This document shows, piece by piece, positions 19,167-28,373 of a DNA stretch of 63,381 nucleotides. The DNA is from a bacterium (lineage in GTDB: Bacteria; Zhuqueibacterota; Zhuqueibacteria; Oceanimicrobiales; Oceanimicrobiaceae), in the NCBI GenBank assembly GCA_046757165.1, contig JBHHXT010000007.1:1-63381 (forward strand). The letters run 5' to 3'. The position numbers were made by a program, and so were the translations under genes. The notes beneath the pieces were generated by a model. The model was not told where the DNA came from. It was given only the letters and a program-made list of their open reading frames with translations, and ran no database searches. Every line of letters begins with the position of its first letter. The stretch's first letter is position 1.

Positions 19167-19970
19167 TTACTTCCTGGCAAATGCCATAATATGCCATCCG
19201 GTGTTGCGCGTGATGCTCCTGGGAATCAGGTTGAACAGTGGCACAAAGATCGAGTTGAAGAAGATAGCTTTTACGCCTTTCTGTAATTTCGATCTGACCG
19301 GAAACCGCTCGGGCACGATCCTGACCTCTGAGAATCTCGTCAAGAGAGTTCTGAACTCGTCAATCGTGTACTTTCTCAACACCGGTGCATCCTCGTGTTC
19401 CAAACCAACGCCAAGGGTTTGCGACAACAGATTTAGCCACGACCTGCGATTGTATACCATCATGATAACTTCACCGCCTGTCTTGACAACGCGATGGAGC
19501 TCGTCCACCATTCTTTGGGCGTCGGCTGTATACTGGAGCACGCCATGGGCATAAGCCATGTCAAAACTGTTATTCTCGAATTGCAGGCGCTCGCCATTGC
19601 CGAGCTGCAAGCGCCCTCGTACACCGTGGTGCGCAAAATACTTTTTCGCCAGGTCTATCGATTGTTCAGCTAGATCTACACCGGTCACCTCAGCGCCATT
19701 TTGAGCGAATCGGATGAGGTCGATGCCCAGGCCGCAACCGACCTCGAGAACCTTTTTCCCGCTGTAACCAGCGAAATTGACTACCTTGGGCAAATAACGC
19801 AACTTGTCAAAACGATATTCATCCAGATCACCAAAGAATCCCTTTGTGCCGACCGGATGTCGAGCTAATTCTAAATCGTGAATGTGTTTGTTCCAATACT
19901 CCCTGATTTCATGTAACAACGGCTCATCCAAGCGCAGGCCGGACTCCGGCGCCTCAGTGCTCGCACTCAT
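19167..19970 (-). CDS. Class I SAM-dependent methyltransferase
   Basis: VLEVGCGLG, TGVDL, SFDMAYAHGVL, RVVKTGG. Confidence 0.9.
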   Translation of the reverse strand: MSASTEAPESGLRLDEPLLHEIREYWNKHIHDLELARHPVGTKGFFGDLDEYRFDKLRYLPKVVNFAGYSGKKVLEVGCGLGIDLIRFAQNGAEVTGVDLAEQSIDLAKKYFAHHGVRGRLQLGNGERLQFENNSFDMAYAHGVLQYTADAQRMVDELHRVVKTGGEVIMMVYNRRSWLNLLSQTLGVGLEHEDAPVLRKYTIDEFRTLLTRFSEVRIVPERFPVRSKLQKGVKAIFFNSIFVPLFNLIPRSITRNTGWHIMAFARK

Positions 19971-19996
19971 TTGCTGTTGATCCTCAGTTGTCGTCC

Positions 19997-21076
19997 CTAG
20001 AACAATTTTGCGCCGTTGAAGATGGGGCGCATGAGTTTGAAAAATCTCCTTAGCGCCAGTTCTGAAATGCCGACGCTCATGGTCCCGCTTACATCGAAAA
20101 GGTGGCTCGCCTCTGCTTCAGAAGAGCCGTTTGTGCGACAGTCGTTGGTAATCCGGCCATACCATATCGTTTCAAACGACTGGTCTCTCACATTGCCAAG
20201 CTTGTGGATCTTGGCGGGGCTGGTATAAACATTGCCCCAGGAATCGATCTGCACAAATGAAAATTCGGAAGCCGGGCGATCCTTGTTTTCCTGAGCTGGA
20301 TTCTCCAGTACGTTTCGTAAGGCTTTGTAGTATTCAATTGATCCTGTCAACACTTCCTGATAGTCTGTTAGCAACTTGTCTAACTGCTCAATAAAAGCCT
20401 CTCGGTTGCCCGCCTGTATCAGCAGGGAGCGGTCCAGGACAAAGTTCTGATGCTCCAAAACGCGGGCCAGTTGAAAACGAAAGCCCTCGATGCCTTTGCT
20501 GATAGCAAGCTCTGCCAGGGGCACCAGCTCCTGCACATTTCTGCTGGAAACCGTGGCCGTGATAACAATGCGAGGGCTGGCATTGCCGCGCATCGACTTT
20601 ATGTTATCGATGGCGTTCATGACCAGGTCAAAATAGCCGCGCAGACCCCGCAAGGAGTCGTTCAATTTCCCATTCGCAGCATCAATTGAAAGATAGACAA
20701 CATCAAGTCCGGAATCGACCAATTTTTTCGCGAGCCGCTCAGTGATCAGCAACCCGTTGCTCACCAGCCCCGCTGTCAGACCTTCCTTTTTTGCATAGGC
20801 GATCTGATCTGACAGATCCTTTCGCAACAAAGGTTCACCGCCACTGAACGTCAAATTGATCAAGCCGGCCCGAGCCAACTGCGTGATCATGTCTCTTGCC
20901 TCTGTAGTGCTGAGCACGGTCGCATCAGGGGGCTGCTGCCAGTCCAAGCACGTTTTGCAACGTGCATTGCAAGTATTAATCGCCTCCCACTCCGCCTCGA
21001 GTGGGCCCCTGATCGGAGTATTGGCGCCACGGCTAAAACGCAGCAAATTCGTCAGATGTTTTGCGGGCTTTTTCAT
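19997..21076 (-). CDS. Radical SAM protein with a Cys-less SPASM/twitch-like C-terminus
   Basis: CNARCKTC (CxxxCxxC), FSGGEPLLR, SNG, YLSID; C-terminal IDSWGNVY...LGNVRDQSFETIW. Confidence 0.85.
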   Translation of the reverse strand: MKKPAKHLTNLLRFSRGANTPIRGPLEAEWEAINTCNARCKTCLDWQQPPDATVLSTTEARDMITQLARAGLINLTFSGGEPLLRKDLSDQIAYAKKEGLTAGLVSNGLLITERLAKKLVDSGLDVVYLSIDAANGKLNDSLRGLRGYFDLVMNAIDNIKSMRGNASPRIVITATVSSRNVQELVPLAELAISKGIEGFRFQLARVLEHQNFVLDRSLLIQAGNREAFIEQLDKLLTDYQEVLTGSIEYYKALRNVLENPAQENKDRPASEFSFVQIDSWGNVYTSPAKIHKLGNVRDQSFETIWYGRITNDCRTNGSSEAEASHLFDVSGTMSVGISELALRRFFKLMRPIFNGAKLF

Positions 21077-22970
21077 AGGTGCTGTCTCCGCTCTCTAAGT
21101 AGATGTTCTGCCAGATTCCAAATACCATCAGTGCCCAGAGCCGATGGCTGTGATTTTCGTGGCCGTTCAAGTGTTCAGATATCAACTTTTCAACATATTT
21201 CGAGCTGAAGAATCCCTCCCTTCTGATTTTTTCAGGGGCCAGGACGTCCAACATGAGCGCCCTGAGATCCGTTTTGAGCCAATTCTTGATGGGGATGCTA
21301 AAGCCTTCTTTGCCCCGCTTCCGGATCTCCTCAGGCAACAACGTTCCCATCGCTTTTTTCAACAAATATTTGGTCTTCGTCCCTTTGAGCTTCAAATGGC
21401 CTGGAACGGTGGCAGCAAACTCCACGAATCGATGGTCCAGAAACGGAACCCGAGTTTCCAGAGAGGTCGCCATGCTCATCCGGTCGACTTTCACCAGGAT
21501 GTCGTCCACCAGGTATGTCTTGATATCGACATATAGCTGCTGGTTCAGCTTATCTGAGGTCGGGGCATGGTCGAAACAGTCTCGAATGAACCCATAAGAA
21601 TCCAACCCCTGCAGTGCTGCCAACGTTTCTGGTGCGTAGAGTCTGGCCTTTTCCTGGCTTTGCATGAAAATCATCCAGCGTGTGTGCTGCAGGTCAGCCG
21701 GAAGCTGCATCCCTTCGTCGAAGCGTTTCACACGGTTGAGCAAGCCCTTTTTCTTGTCCGTCGGCGGCAGTTTTCCGAAAATGGGCGACAAGAGTCCACT
21801 CCGAAATGGCCGCGGAATCCTGCTGTAGGCATTCCCCATTCGATTGGCGATATAGGTATCGTACCCTCCAAAAAGCTCATCCCCGCCGTCGCCGGACAAC
21901 GAGACGGTCACAAACTCGCGCGCCATCTTTGACACCAGGTAGGTCGGGAAGATCGAAAAATCGCCAAAGGGTTCATCGAGATGGGCCACGAGCTTCTCGG
22001 TTAACTCGAGCGCGTTCGGCTCGAGAATGAACTCGTGGTGTTTGGTGCCGAAGTGGTTGGCGACCGTGCGCGCGTAGCTCGATTCATTATACGTCGATTC
22101 CGCAAACCCGATGGAAAAAGTTTCCACAGGCCGGTTCATGGCCCGGCTCATGAGCGCCACGATGGAGCTGGAATCGATGCCTCCGCTCAAGAAAGCGCCA
22201 AGCGGCACATCGCTCATCAGTCGCAGCTTCACGGCATCCTGAAAAAGGTCCAGCAGCAGCTCGCAAAGCTCTTCCTCCGGCCGCTCCTGCTCATCGAAAC
22301 AAACATCCCAGTATTCCTTTACCACCACTTCACCATCATGCAGAGTCAAAGTGTGGCCCGGCGGCAATTTCAAGATGTTCTTAAAGATGCTGAGCGGGGA
22401 GGGAATGTATTCAAAGGTCAGGAAATTGTCGAGCGCCTGCAAATCGACGGTGCGGGGAATGGCCTGTATCTGCAAGATCGATTTTATCTCCGAGGCAAAA
22501 ACAAATTTTTCCGCATCGATGTAGTAGTACAAAGGTTTGATCCCGAGGCGGTCGCGCGCCAGGAAAATCGTCTGGTGCCGCAAATCCAAAACCGCAAACG
22601 CGAACATCCCGTTGAACGCTTCCGGACATGTTTCTCCATACTCCTCGTAGGCATGGACAATGGCTTCGGTGTCGGCCCGGGTCTTGAAGACATGCCCCTT
22701 CTTCTCGAGTTCATGCCTCACCTGTTTATGATTGTAGATCTCGCCGTTGAAAACAACCCGGATCGAGTCGTCCTCGTTGCTGATGGGCTGACGGCCAGTC
22801 ACGAGATCGATGATGCTGAGACGGCGCATGCCCATGCCGAACCGGCCATGTGTGCAGACCCCTTCATCGTCAGGTCCACGGTGGGTAATGGCCGCGCACA
22901 TGGCACGGACCTCAAACTCAGAAACGAATCTCTCGTGGTCAAAGTATGTTACACCACAGATTCCGCACAT
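21033..22970 (-). CDS. asnB: Asparagine synthase (glutamine-hydrolyzing)-family amidotransferase, glycan-locus type
   Basis: MCGICG, HRGPD, RRLSIID, FNGEIYN, RDRLGIKPLYY, LSGGIDSS, SGDGGDELFGGY, KVDRMSM. Confidence 0.92.
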   Translation of the reverse strand: MCGICGVTYFDHERFVSEFEVRAMCAAITHRGPDDEGVCTHGRFGMGMRRLSIIDLVTGRQPISNEDDSIRVVFNGEIYNHKQVRHELEKKGHVFKTRADTEAIVHAYEEYGETCPEAFNGMFAFAVLDLRHQTIFLARDRLGIKPLYYYIDAEKFVFASEIKSILQIQAIPRTVDLQALDNFLTFEYIPSPLSIFKNILKLPPGHTLTLHDGEVVVKEYWDVCFDEQERPEEELCELLLDLFQDAVKLRLMSDVPLGAFLSGGIDSSSIVALMSRAMNRPVETFSIGFAESTYNESSYARTVANHFGTKHHEFILEPNALELTEKLVAHLDEPFGDFSIFPTYLVSKMAREFVTVSLSGDGGDELFGGYDTYIANRMGNAYSRIPRPFRSGLLSPIFGKLPPTDKKKGLLNRVKRFDEGMQLPADLQHTRWMIFMQSQEKARLYAPETLAALQGLDSYGFIRDCFDHAPTSDKLNQQLYVDIKTYLVDDILVKVDRMSMATSLETRVPFLDHRFVEFAATVPGHLKLKGTKTKYLLKKAMGTLLPEEIRKRGKEGFSIPIKNWLKTDLRALMLDVLAPEKIRREGFFSSKYVEKLISEHLNGHENHSHRLWALMVFGIWQNIYLESGDSTYEKARKTSDEFAAF

Positions 22971-24160
22971 TTGTCCGCTTGTCCTTGCTGACCCAGTTCT
23001 TCCAGGTAATCAAAAATCATTTTCGTCTTGCTCAGGTACGCTTCATAGCTGTAGTTTTTCTCGGCCAGCACCCTGGCATTCTGGCTCAGTCGCTTGCCAA
23101 GCTCGACGTCTCTCAACACCGCCAGGACGCCCTCACTAAATGCCGCAGGCGTGGTATCGGTCAGAACCGCTACTTCTGGAGTCAAAACCTGAGTGTGGGT
23201 GATGTGATTGGTGGCGACAATCGGCTTGCCTGAACGCAGATAAGAATAGATCTTGAGCGGCGTGTTGTTGCCTTCGAGCCGCGGTGAAACCAGCACATCG
23301 GAGTTCGCGATGTAAGCAGGAACCTCCTCAGGTGCCACCGAACCCGCAAACACGAAATGGTCGCTGACTTGCAATTCCCTGGTTCTGTTCTTGTAAAACT
23401 CGACTTGTTCAGGTTTGCCGCCGACGAGAACGAATCGAACCGCTGGCTGCCGGCTAATGATCTCTACGCTAGAGTCGATCAGCAAGTCAATGCCCTGGTA
23501 CGGCTCGAAAGTCCCCGCATAGAGCACCGCAACTTCACCATTGGTTTTGATTTTTCTTCCAATCTCTTCTGAATTTACTCTCGAGTTGAAGGCCTTACTA
23601 TTATCGGCAACGTTTTCGATCAAGGTGTTGAGTTTCTGCGGGAACCGTGCCTGGACGTAATCATGCAGTTCAGGACAGATGGTGATGACCGCCTGTGCGC
23701 TGTTTATGGTGTAGGCTTCCAGCTTCTCAAAAACGCGGTTCAACAAGCTCGACCGGCTAAACCGGAAATTGGTCAGTTGCTGTGGCAGGCTGGAATGCAT
23801 ATCATACAAATGCATGAGGCCATATTTTCTGGCAAAATAAGCGGCCCAGAATCCCGCTTCCTCATGCGAATGGATCAAATCATATTGTCGCTGCTCGAGC
23901 ATGCGGCGGGTTTTGAGAATCAAGAACCCATCCAGAATCACCTTTCGCTTGGAAGGGCCGATGGCTATCTTCTTAATGAATGGAATGTTTCGAATGCGGT
24001 GAATCGTGACGCCGTCGATGTCCACCTCCTGGCCCAGGTGATAGGTCAACAGGTCCACCTGGTGGCCCAGCGTTGACAGGGCACGCAACCGGTGGAGAAC
24101 ACTAAACGGCGTTCCCCGCGGCTGGAAAAATGGCTGTGGAGCAATCATCAAGATTCGCAT
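22949..24160 (-). CDS. Glycosyltransferase family 4
   Basis: APQPFFQPRGTP, YAGTFEPYQG, PLKIYSYLRSGKPIVAT. Confidence 0.9.
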   Translation of the reverse strand: MRILMIAPQPFFQPRGTPFSVLHRLRALSTLGHQVDLLTYHLGQEVDIDGVTIHRIRNIPFIKKIAIGPSKRKVILDGFLILKTRRMLEQRQYDLIHSHEEAGFWAAYFARKYGLMHLYDMHSSLPQQLTNFRFSRSSLLNRVFEKLEAYTINSAQAVITICPELHDYVQARFPQKLNTLIENVADNSKAFNSRVNSEEIGRKIKTNGEVAVLYAGTFEPYQGIDLLIDSSVEIISRQPAVRFVLVGGKPEQVEFYKNRTRELQVSDHFVFAGSVAPEEVPAYIANSDVLVSPRLEGNNTPLKIYSYLRSGKPIVATNHITHTQVLTPEVAVLTDTTPAAFSEGVLAVLRDVELGKRLSQNARVLAEKNYSYEAYLSKTKMIFDYLEELGQQGQADKCAESVV

Positions 24161-24307
24161 ACAGCAGCACGTCCTTTTGGTGTTGAAGGGTTGGACTTAA
24201 GCCAGAAAGAGGAAGGTAGAGTCACCATCCAATTCTAAACGCGTTTCAGACAGTTCGCAAAATCCTGCTCAACTATCTTATGAATCGGTTTCAAGGGTAT
24301 TTTCTTT

Positions 24308-24323
24308 AGCAACTTTGGTGCCA
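24308..24323 (-). promoter_or_regulatory. Sigma-54 (RpoN) -24/-12 promoter
   Basis: Minus strand TGGCACCAAAGTTGCT matches TGGCAC-N5-TTGCW with exact GG/GC spacing, about 150 bp upstream of the GT4 start. Confidence 0.8.
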
Positions 24324-24419
24324 CTGTACCTGGTCGTTGCAGGAACTTCTAATCTAGTGAGAAGCAACTGTTTTCATTTAAGTTACTATGCCCTGTTCCT
24401 GCGCTGTGATTCAGCGCTC

Positions 24420-24454
24420 TGTGTCACAATGAAACGATGTCATGAACTGACACA
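24420..24454. promoter_or_regulatory. Tandem enhancer (bEBP UAS) sites, TGT-N11-AC(G/A)
   Basis: tgtgtcacaatgaaacg (24420-24436) and tgtcatgaactgacaca (24438-24454), about 100 bp upstream of the sigma-54 element. Confidence 0.7.
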
Positions 24455-24526
24455 GAAGGAGATGGCAGGAAAGAGGAGCTTCGCGCTTCGGCTTACCGTG
24501 CAAATACGTCATGCCCGGATGAGCAC

Positions 24527-25834
24527 TCAGCTTGGCAGGCGGCCAACTCCCGCATAGTGGAACCCCCTCTCCACCATCTTATCGGGCTCGTAGATGTTGC
24601 GCAGGTCGATGATCGTCGGAGACCTCATGATCCGCTTGATCCTGTCCAGGTCCAAACTGCGGAATTGATTCCATTCCGTGATGAAAATCAGAGCGTCGCT
24701 ATTATCAGCAACTTCATAGGTATCTTTGCAGTAGGTGAGTTCCGGGAAAATCTGCCGGGCTTTTTCCATCGCCACCGGATCGAACGCCTTGATGCGCGCT
24801 CCCTCGTTGAGCAACGCTCTGATGATCGCGATGGATGGCGCCTCGCGCATATCGTCCGTATTGGGCTTGAATGACAACCCCAGCACTCCCAAAGCCTGAT
24901 CTTTGACGTTGCCCAGCACCGTCTTGATCTTAGCAATCATGAGCTGCCGCTGTTGGTCATTGACCTTGACAGCCGAATTGATGATTCGAAAATCGAAATC
25001 ATACTTCTGACCGACTTGTACCAGAGCACGAGTATCTTTCGGGAAACAGGAGCCTCCAAACCCCGGACCGGGGTGCAGGAACTTGGAGCCGATCCGATTA
25101 TCCAGTCCCATTCCTTTGGCGACATGGTGCACATCTGCACCAATTCGCTCACAAAAATTTGCCACTTCATTGATGAAAGAAATCTTGGTGGCCAGAAAAG
25201 CATTTGAGGCATATTTTATCAACTCTGCGCTTTCCAGATTTGTAATAACGAAAGGTGTTTCGATCAAGTAGAGCGGCGAGTACAACTCTTTCATGATCGC
25301 CACGGCTTCGCTCGATTCCGCACCGATGACGACACGATTGGGATGCATAAAGTCTTCGATGGCCGACCCTTCGCGCAGAAATTCCGGGTTCGAAACGACG
25401 CTGAAGCTGATCTTGTTTTTCACGTTCGCCGCAATAATCTCGTGAATTCTCCTGCCGGCACCCACCGGCACCGTGCTCTTGTTGACGATGACCTTGTAGC
25501 CATTCAAGTGTGCGGCGATTTCATGGGCCACCTTCTCCACAAATTGCATGTCGGCCGAACCGTCCTCTTTCTGCGGTGTCCCGACCGCAATGAAAATGAC
25601 CAGCGACCGCTCCAGGGCGTTCGCGAGATCGGTTGAAAACACCAGGCGCCCTTCTTTGCGATTCTTGGAGACTAACAGGTCGAGGCCAGGTTCATAGACG
25701 GGGAGTTTGCCACTGCTCAAATCGGCGATCTTTTGCTCGTCAATGTCGACACAGATGACATCATTGCCAAACTCAGAAAAGCATGTTCCGGTCACCAGGC
25801 CAACATAGCCGGTTCCAACGACACAAATGTGCAC
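24527..25834 (-). CDS. ugd: UDP-glucose 6-dehydrogenase
   Basis: GTGYVG, KSTVPVG, SNPEFLREG, KYASNAFLA, GFGGSCFPKD, FKPNTDDMR. Confidence 0.95.
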   Translation of the reverse strand: MHICVVGTGYVGLVTGTCFSEFGNDVICVDIDEQKIADLSSGKLPVYEPGLDLLVSKNRKEGRLVFSTDLANALERSLVIFIAVGTPQKEDGSADMQFVEKVAHEIAAHLNGYKVIVNKSTVPVGAGRRIHEIIAANVKNKISFSVVSNPEFLREGSAIEDFMHPNRVVIGAESSEAVAIMKELYSPLYLIETPFVITNLESAELIKYASNAFLATKISFINEVANFCERIGADVHHVAKGMGLDNRIGSKFLHPGPGFGGSCFPKDTRALVQVGQKYDFDFRIINSAVKVNDQQRQLMIAKIKTVLGNVKDQALGVLGLSFKPNTDDMREAPSIAIIRALLNEGARIKAFDPVAMEKARQIFPELTYCKDTYEVADNSDALIFITEWNQFRSLDLDRIKRIMRSPTIIDLRNIYEPDKMVERGFHYAGVGRLPS

Positions 25835-25863
25835 AATACCCCTCCAAATTGTTCTTGGGAAAT

Positions 25864-27321
25864 CTAACTCGCGCCGTACCCAAACAGGACGACGAAAACT
25901 GTTTTAAACAGAATCTTGAAATCCAACCACAATGACCACTGGTCGATGTACTCCAGATCCATCTCCATCCATTTCTCGAATTGAATCTTGTTGCGACCGC
26001 TGACTTGCCAGATACACGTCAGGCCGGGTTTTAGACTTAATCGTCGTCTCTGCCACATTTTGTACAACTCGACCTCTACCGGCAAAGGAGGTCGTGGCCC
26101 GACAATACTCATATCCCCTCTTAACACGTTGATCAACTGCGGAAGCTCATCGATGCTCAGCTTACGAAGAACTCTGCCCACGGAGGTGATGCGCGGATCC
26201 TTTCTAATCTTAAACACCGGCCCTTCCATTTCGTTCATTTTTTCAAGCTCGCGTTTTTTCATTTCAGCTCCAACGATCATGGTGCGGAATTTATAGAGCG
26301 TGAACTTTCTACCATTCAAACCGGACCGGGTCTGCGTGAAGAGAATCGGCCCTCTGGAGGTGAGCTTGATCGCAACAACTGTCGCCAAAATCAGCGGGCT
26401 GAAGACGACGATCAGGACGAGGGACAGAATCATGTCGAGCGTGCGCTTCAAGAACAATTGCCATTGCTTGGCAGAAAACGTCTCGAATTCCAGCAACGGG
26501 AAGCCGCTGAAATCCGTTTGCCGGACTTTGGCAATTCTCAGATTATACAGGTCCATCGAGATCGAGGTGCTGATGCCCTCCCGTTCACAAGCCAGAATAG
26601 CTTCATCAATGCGGTTGAGCCAGAGCCGCGGCACCACGAAGATCACGCGGTCAACGACGATACGATGCAGGATGAAGGGAATGTCCTGCAACCGGCCCAG
26701 GACGCGGAAGCCTTCGATATCTCTGCCATACATGCCATGCTCGTCATCGACGAGACCCACAATTCTCAGGCCCCAATTCGCGTGGTTCTTCAGGACTTTG
26801 ATGAATTCACGCGCGCGTTTGCCTGTGCCCACAATCAAAATATTTATTTGATTGTACCCCTTTGAATGGATACTGTCAAAGAACTTGAATAATGCAAATC
26901 TCGCCATGGTGAGAAGCAAAACTGCCATGGCCGAGTTGATTGCGATGAACATGCGGCTGGTCAAAGTAAGCTTGAAAACGAAGATGAAACTTCCAAGAGT
27001 GATGGTCGCAAAAATACCCGCCTTGACGATGATGACGAACTCTTTCAGGATGCTCCTGGTGCGGATATCTTTGTATGCGCCATGTAACGAAAGAAACGAT
27101 AGCCAGGACGGGATGTTGGTTAGAAGAAGGAGTGCGTTCTTTTGGGTGAAAAATAGCAATCCTTGAAAATTCGGGGCAATAGCATAAGCCATCTCGCCCA
27201 ACTGATAAAGATCTCTTAAATAAACAGAAATAAAATACGAATAGACAAATGCCAAAAAAATGCAGAGCGAATCGATAACCTTAGCGACGTTGCCTAAGAA
27301 TGCTTCCTTTTCCTTTACCAT
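25864..27321 (-). CDS. Priming polyprenyl-phosphate glycosylphosphotransferase (WcaJ/WbaP-like sugar transferase)
   Basis: N-terminal TMs and a CoA-binding-like middle domain; KRTLD, YKFRTM, DPRIT, SIDELPQL, GPRP, KPGLTCIWQV. Confidence 0.93.
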   Translation of the reverse strand: MVKEKEAFLGNVAKVIDSLCIFLAFVYSYFISVYLRDLYQLGEMAYAIAPNFQGLLFFTQKNALLLLTNIPSWLSFLSLHGAYKDIRTRSILKEFVIIVKAGIFATITLGSFIFVFKLTLTSRMFIAINSAMAVLLLTMARFALFKFFDSIHSKGYNQINILIVGTGKRAREFIKVLKNHANWGLRIVGLVDDEHGMYGRDIEGFRVLGRLQDIPFILHRIVVDRVIFVVPRLWLNRIDEAILACEREGISTSISMDLYNLRIAKVRQTDFSGFPLLEFETFSAKQWQLFLKRTLDMILSLVLIVVFSPLILATVVAIKLTSRGPILFTQTRSGLNGRKFTLYKFRTMIVGAEMKKRELEKMNEMEGPVFKIRKDPRITSVGRVLRKLSIDELPQLINVLRGDMSIVGPRPPLPVEVELYKMWQRRRLSLKPGLTCIWQVSGRNKIQFEKWMEMDLEYIDQWSLWLDFKILFKTVFVVLFGYGAS

Positions 27322-27374
27322 TGATGCCCTTCTGATGGAAACAAACCTGTTGCCTGTTGCCGAATCATGTCAGC

Positions 27375-28334
27375 TCAAAGCAAGTTTTCTATCTCCGTAA
27401 ACCACTTGACGAATTTTTCGAGTCCTTGTTCGATTCCAACGCTCGGCTGATAGCCAATCTCCGTTTGAGCCCTGGTTATGTCAGCATAGGTAATTGGCAC
27501 ATCGCCTGGCTGATTCGGCAAGAACTCAACTTCGGGTTTCCTGCCGGTGCAGTCTGCGATGAGATCAATGAGTTTTCTCAATTCAATAGTCTTGGATTCC
27601 CCTAGGTTATAAACGTGATAATCGTGGCAATGGTCTATCGATTTTAGAATTCCATCGATGACATCCGTGATAAAGGTGTAATCGCGTCGCGAACACCCAT
27701 CGCCATACATGGTGATTTTGCTGTTGTTGTAGATCGCTTTGGTGAACTTGTGAATGGCCATGTCGGGTCGCTGGCGCGGACCGTAAACGGTGAAAAACCT
27801 GAGACAGGTGATGGGCAGCTTGTACAGATGAGCGTACGTGTAACAAATGAGCTCACCGGCCTTCTTCGTGGAGGCGTATGGTGAGATTGGATTGTCGACA
27901 AAATCATCTTCGCTGAACGGCACCTTCTCATTGGCGCCATAGACCGACGAGGAAGAGGCGAAGATAAACTTATCCACCCCGGCGTCTTTTGAAACCTCCA
28001 GCAGATTGTTGGTGCCCTCCACGTTGACCTTTTGGTACAGCAAAGGCATCTGGATTGAGGGTCTGACCCCGGCCCTGGCGGCCAGATGAACCACAATATC
28101 AATCTTGGCGCCTCCGAAATACTCCTTCAAAAACTCCAAATCAAGAATGTCCTGTTCAAGCAGGCTGAACTTGCGATGTTCCAGAAGGGCCGCAATGTTG
28201 CGCCGCTTTATCTGGGGAGCATAGTAACCATTAAAATTATCCAAACAAATGACTTCGTTTCCCTGACCCAGCAACGCTTCGCTCAGATGTGAGCCGATGA
28301 AGCCCGCTCCTCCTGTCACAAATATCTTTTGCAT
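27375..28334 (-). CDS. UDP-glucuronate 4-epimerase-like SDR
   Basis: GGAGFIG, HLAARAGVRPS, ASSSSVYG, YASTK, RFFTVYGPRQRPDMA. Confidence 0.88.
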   Translation of the reverse strand: MQKIFVTGGAGFIGSHLSEALLGQGNEVICLDNFNGYYAPQIKRRNIAALLEHRKFSLLEQDILDLEFLKEYFGGAKIDIVVHLAARAGVRPSIQMPLLYQKVNVEGTNNLLEVSKDAGVDKFIFASSSSVYGANEKVPFSEDDFVDNPISPYASTKKAGELICYTYAHLYKLPITCLRFFTVYGPRQRPDMAIHKFTKAIYNNSKITMYGDGCSRRDYTFITDVIDGILKSIDHCHDYHVYNLGESKTIELRKLIDLIADCTGRKPEVEFLPNQPGDVPITYADITRAQTEIGYQPSVGIEQGLEKFVKWFTEIENLL

Positions 28335-28373
28335 AAAATCTAAACAGGTTTGTTAACTTGAATTCAATTTCGA

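Noticed and set aside
12237..22970. RiPP (lasso peptide or radical SAM) cluster interpretation of AsnB-like + radical SAM + methyltransferase
   Set aside because: No precursor peptide, RRE/PqqD or leader peptidase found, and the context is entirely nucleotide-sugar and glycosyltransferase genes
24365..24390. AT-rich stretch between enhancer and promoter as an IHF site
   Set aside because: Too weak a match to WATCAANNNNTTR to call
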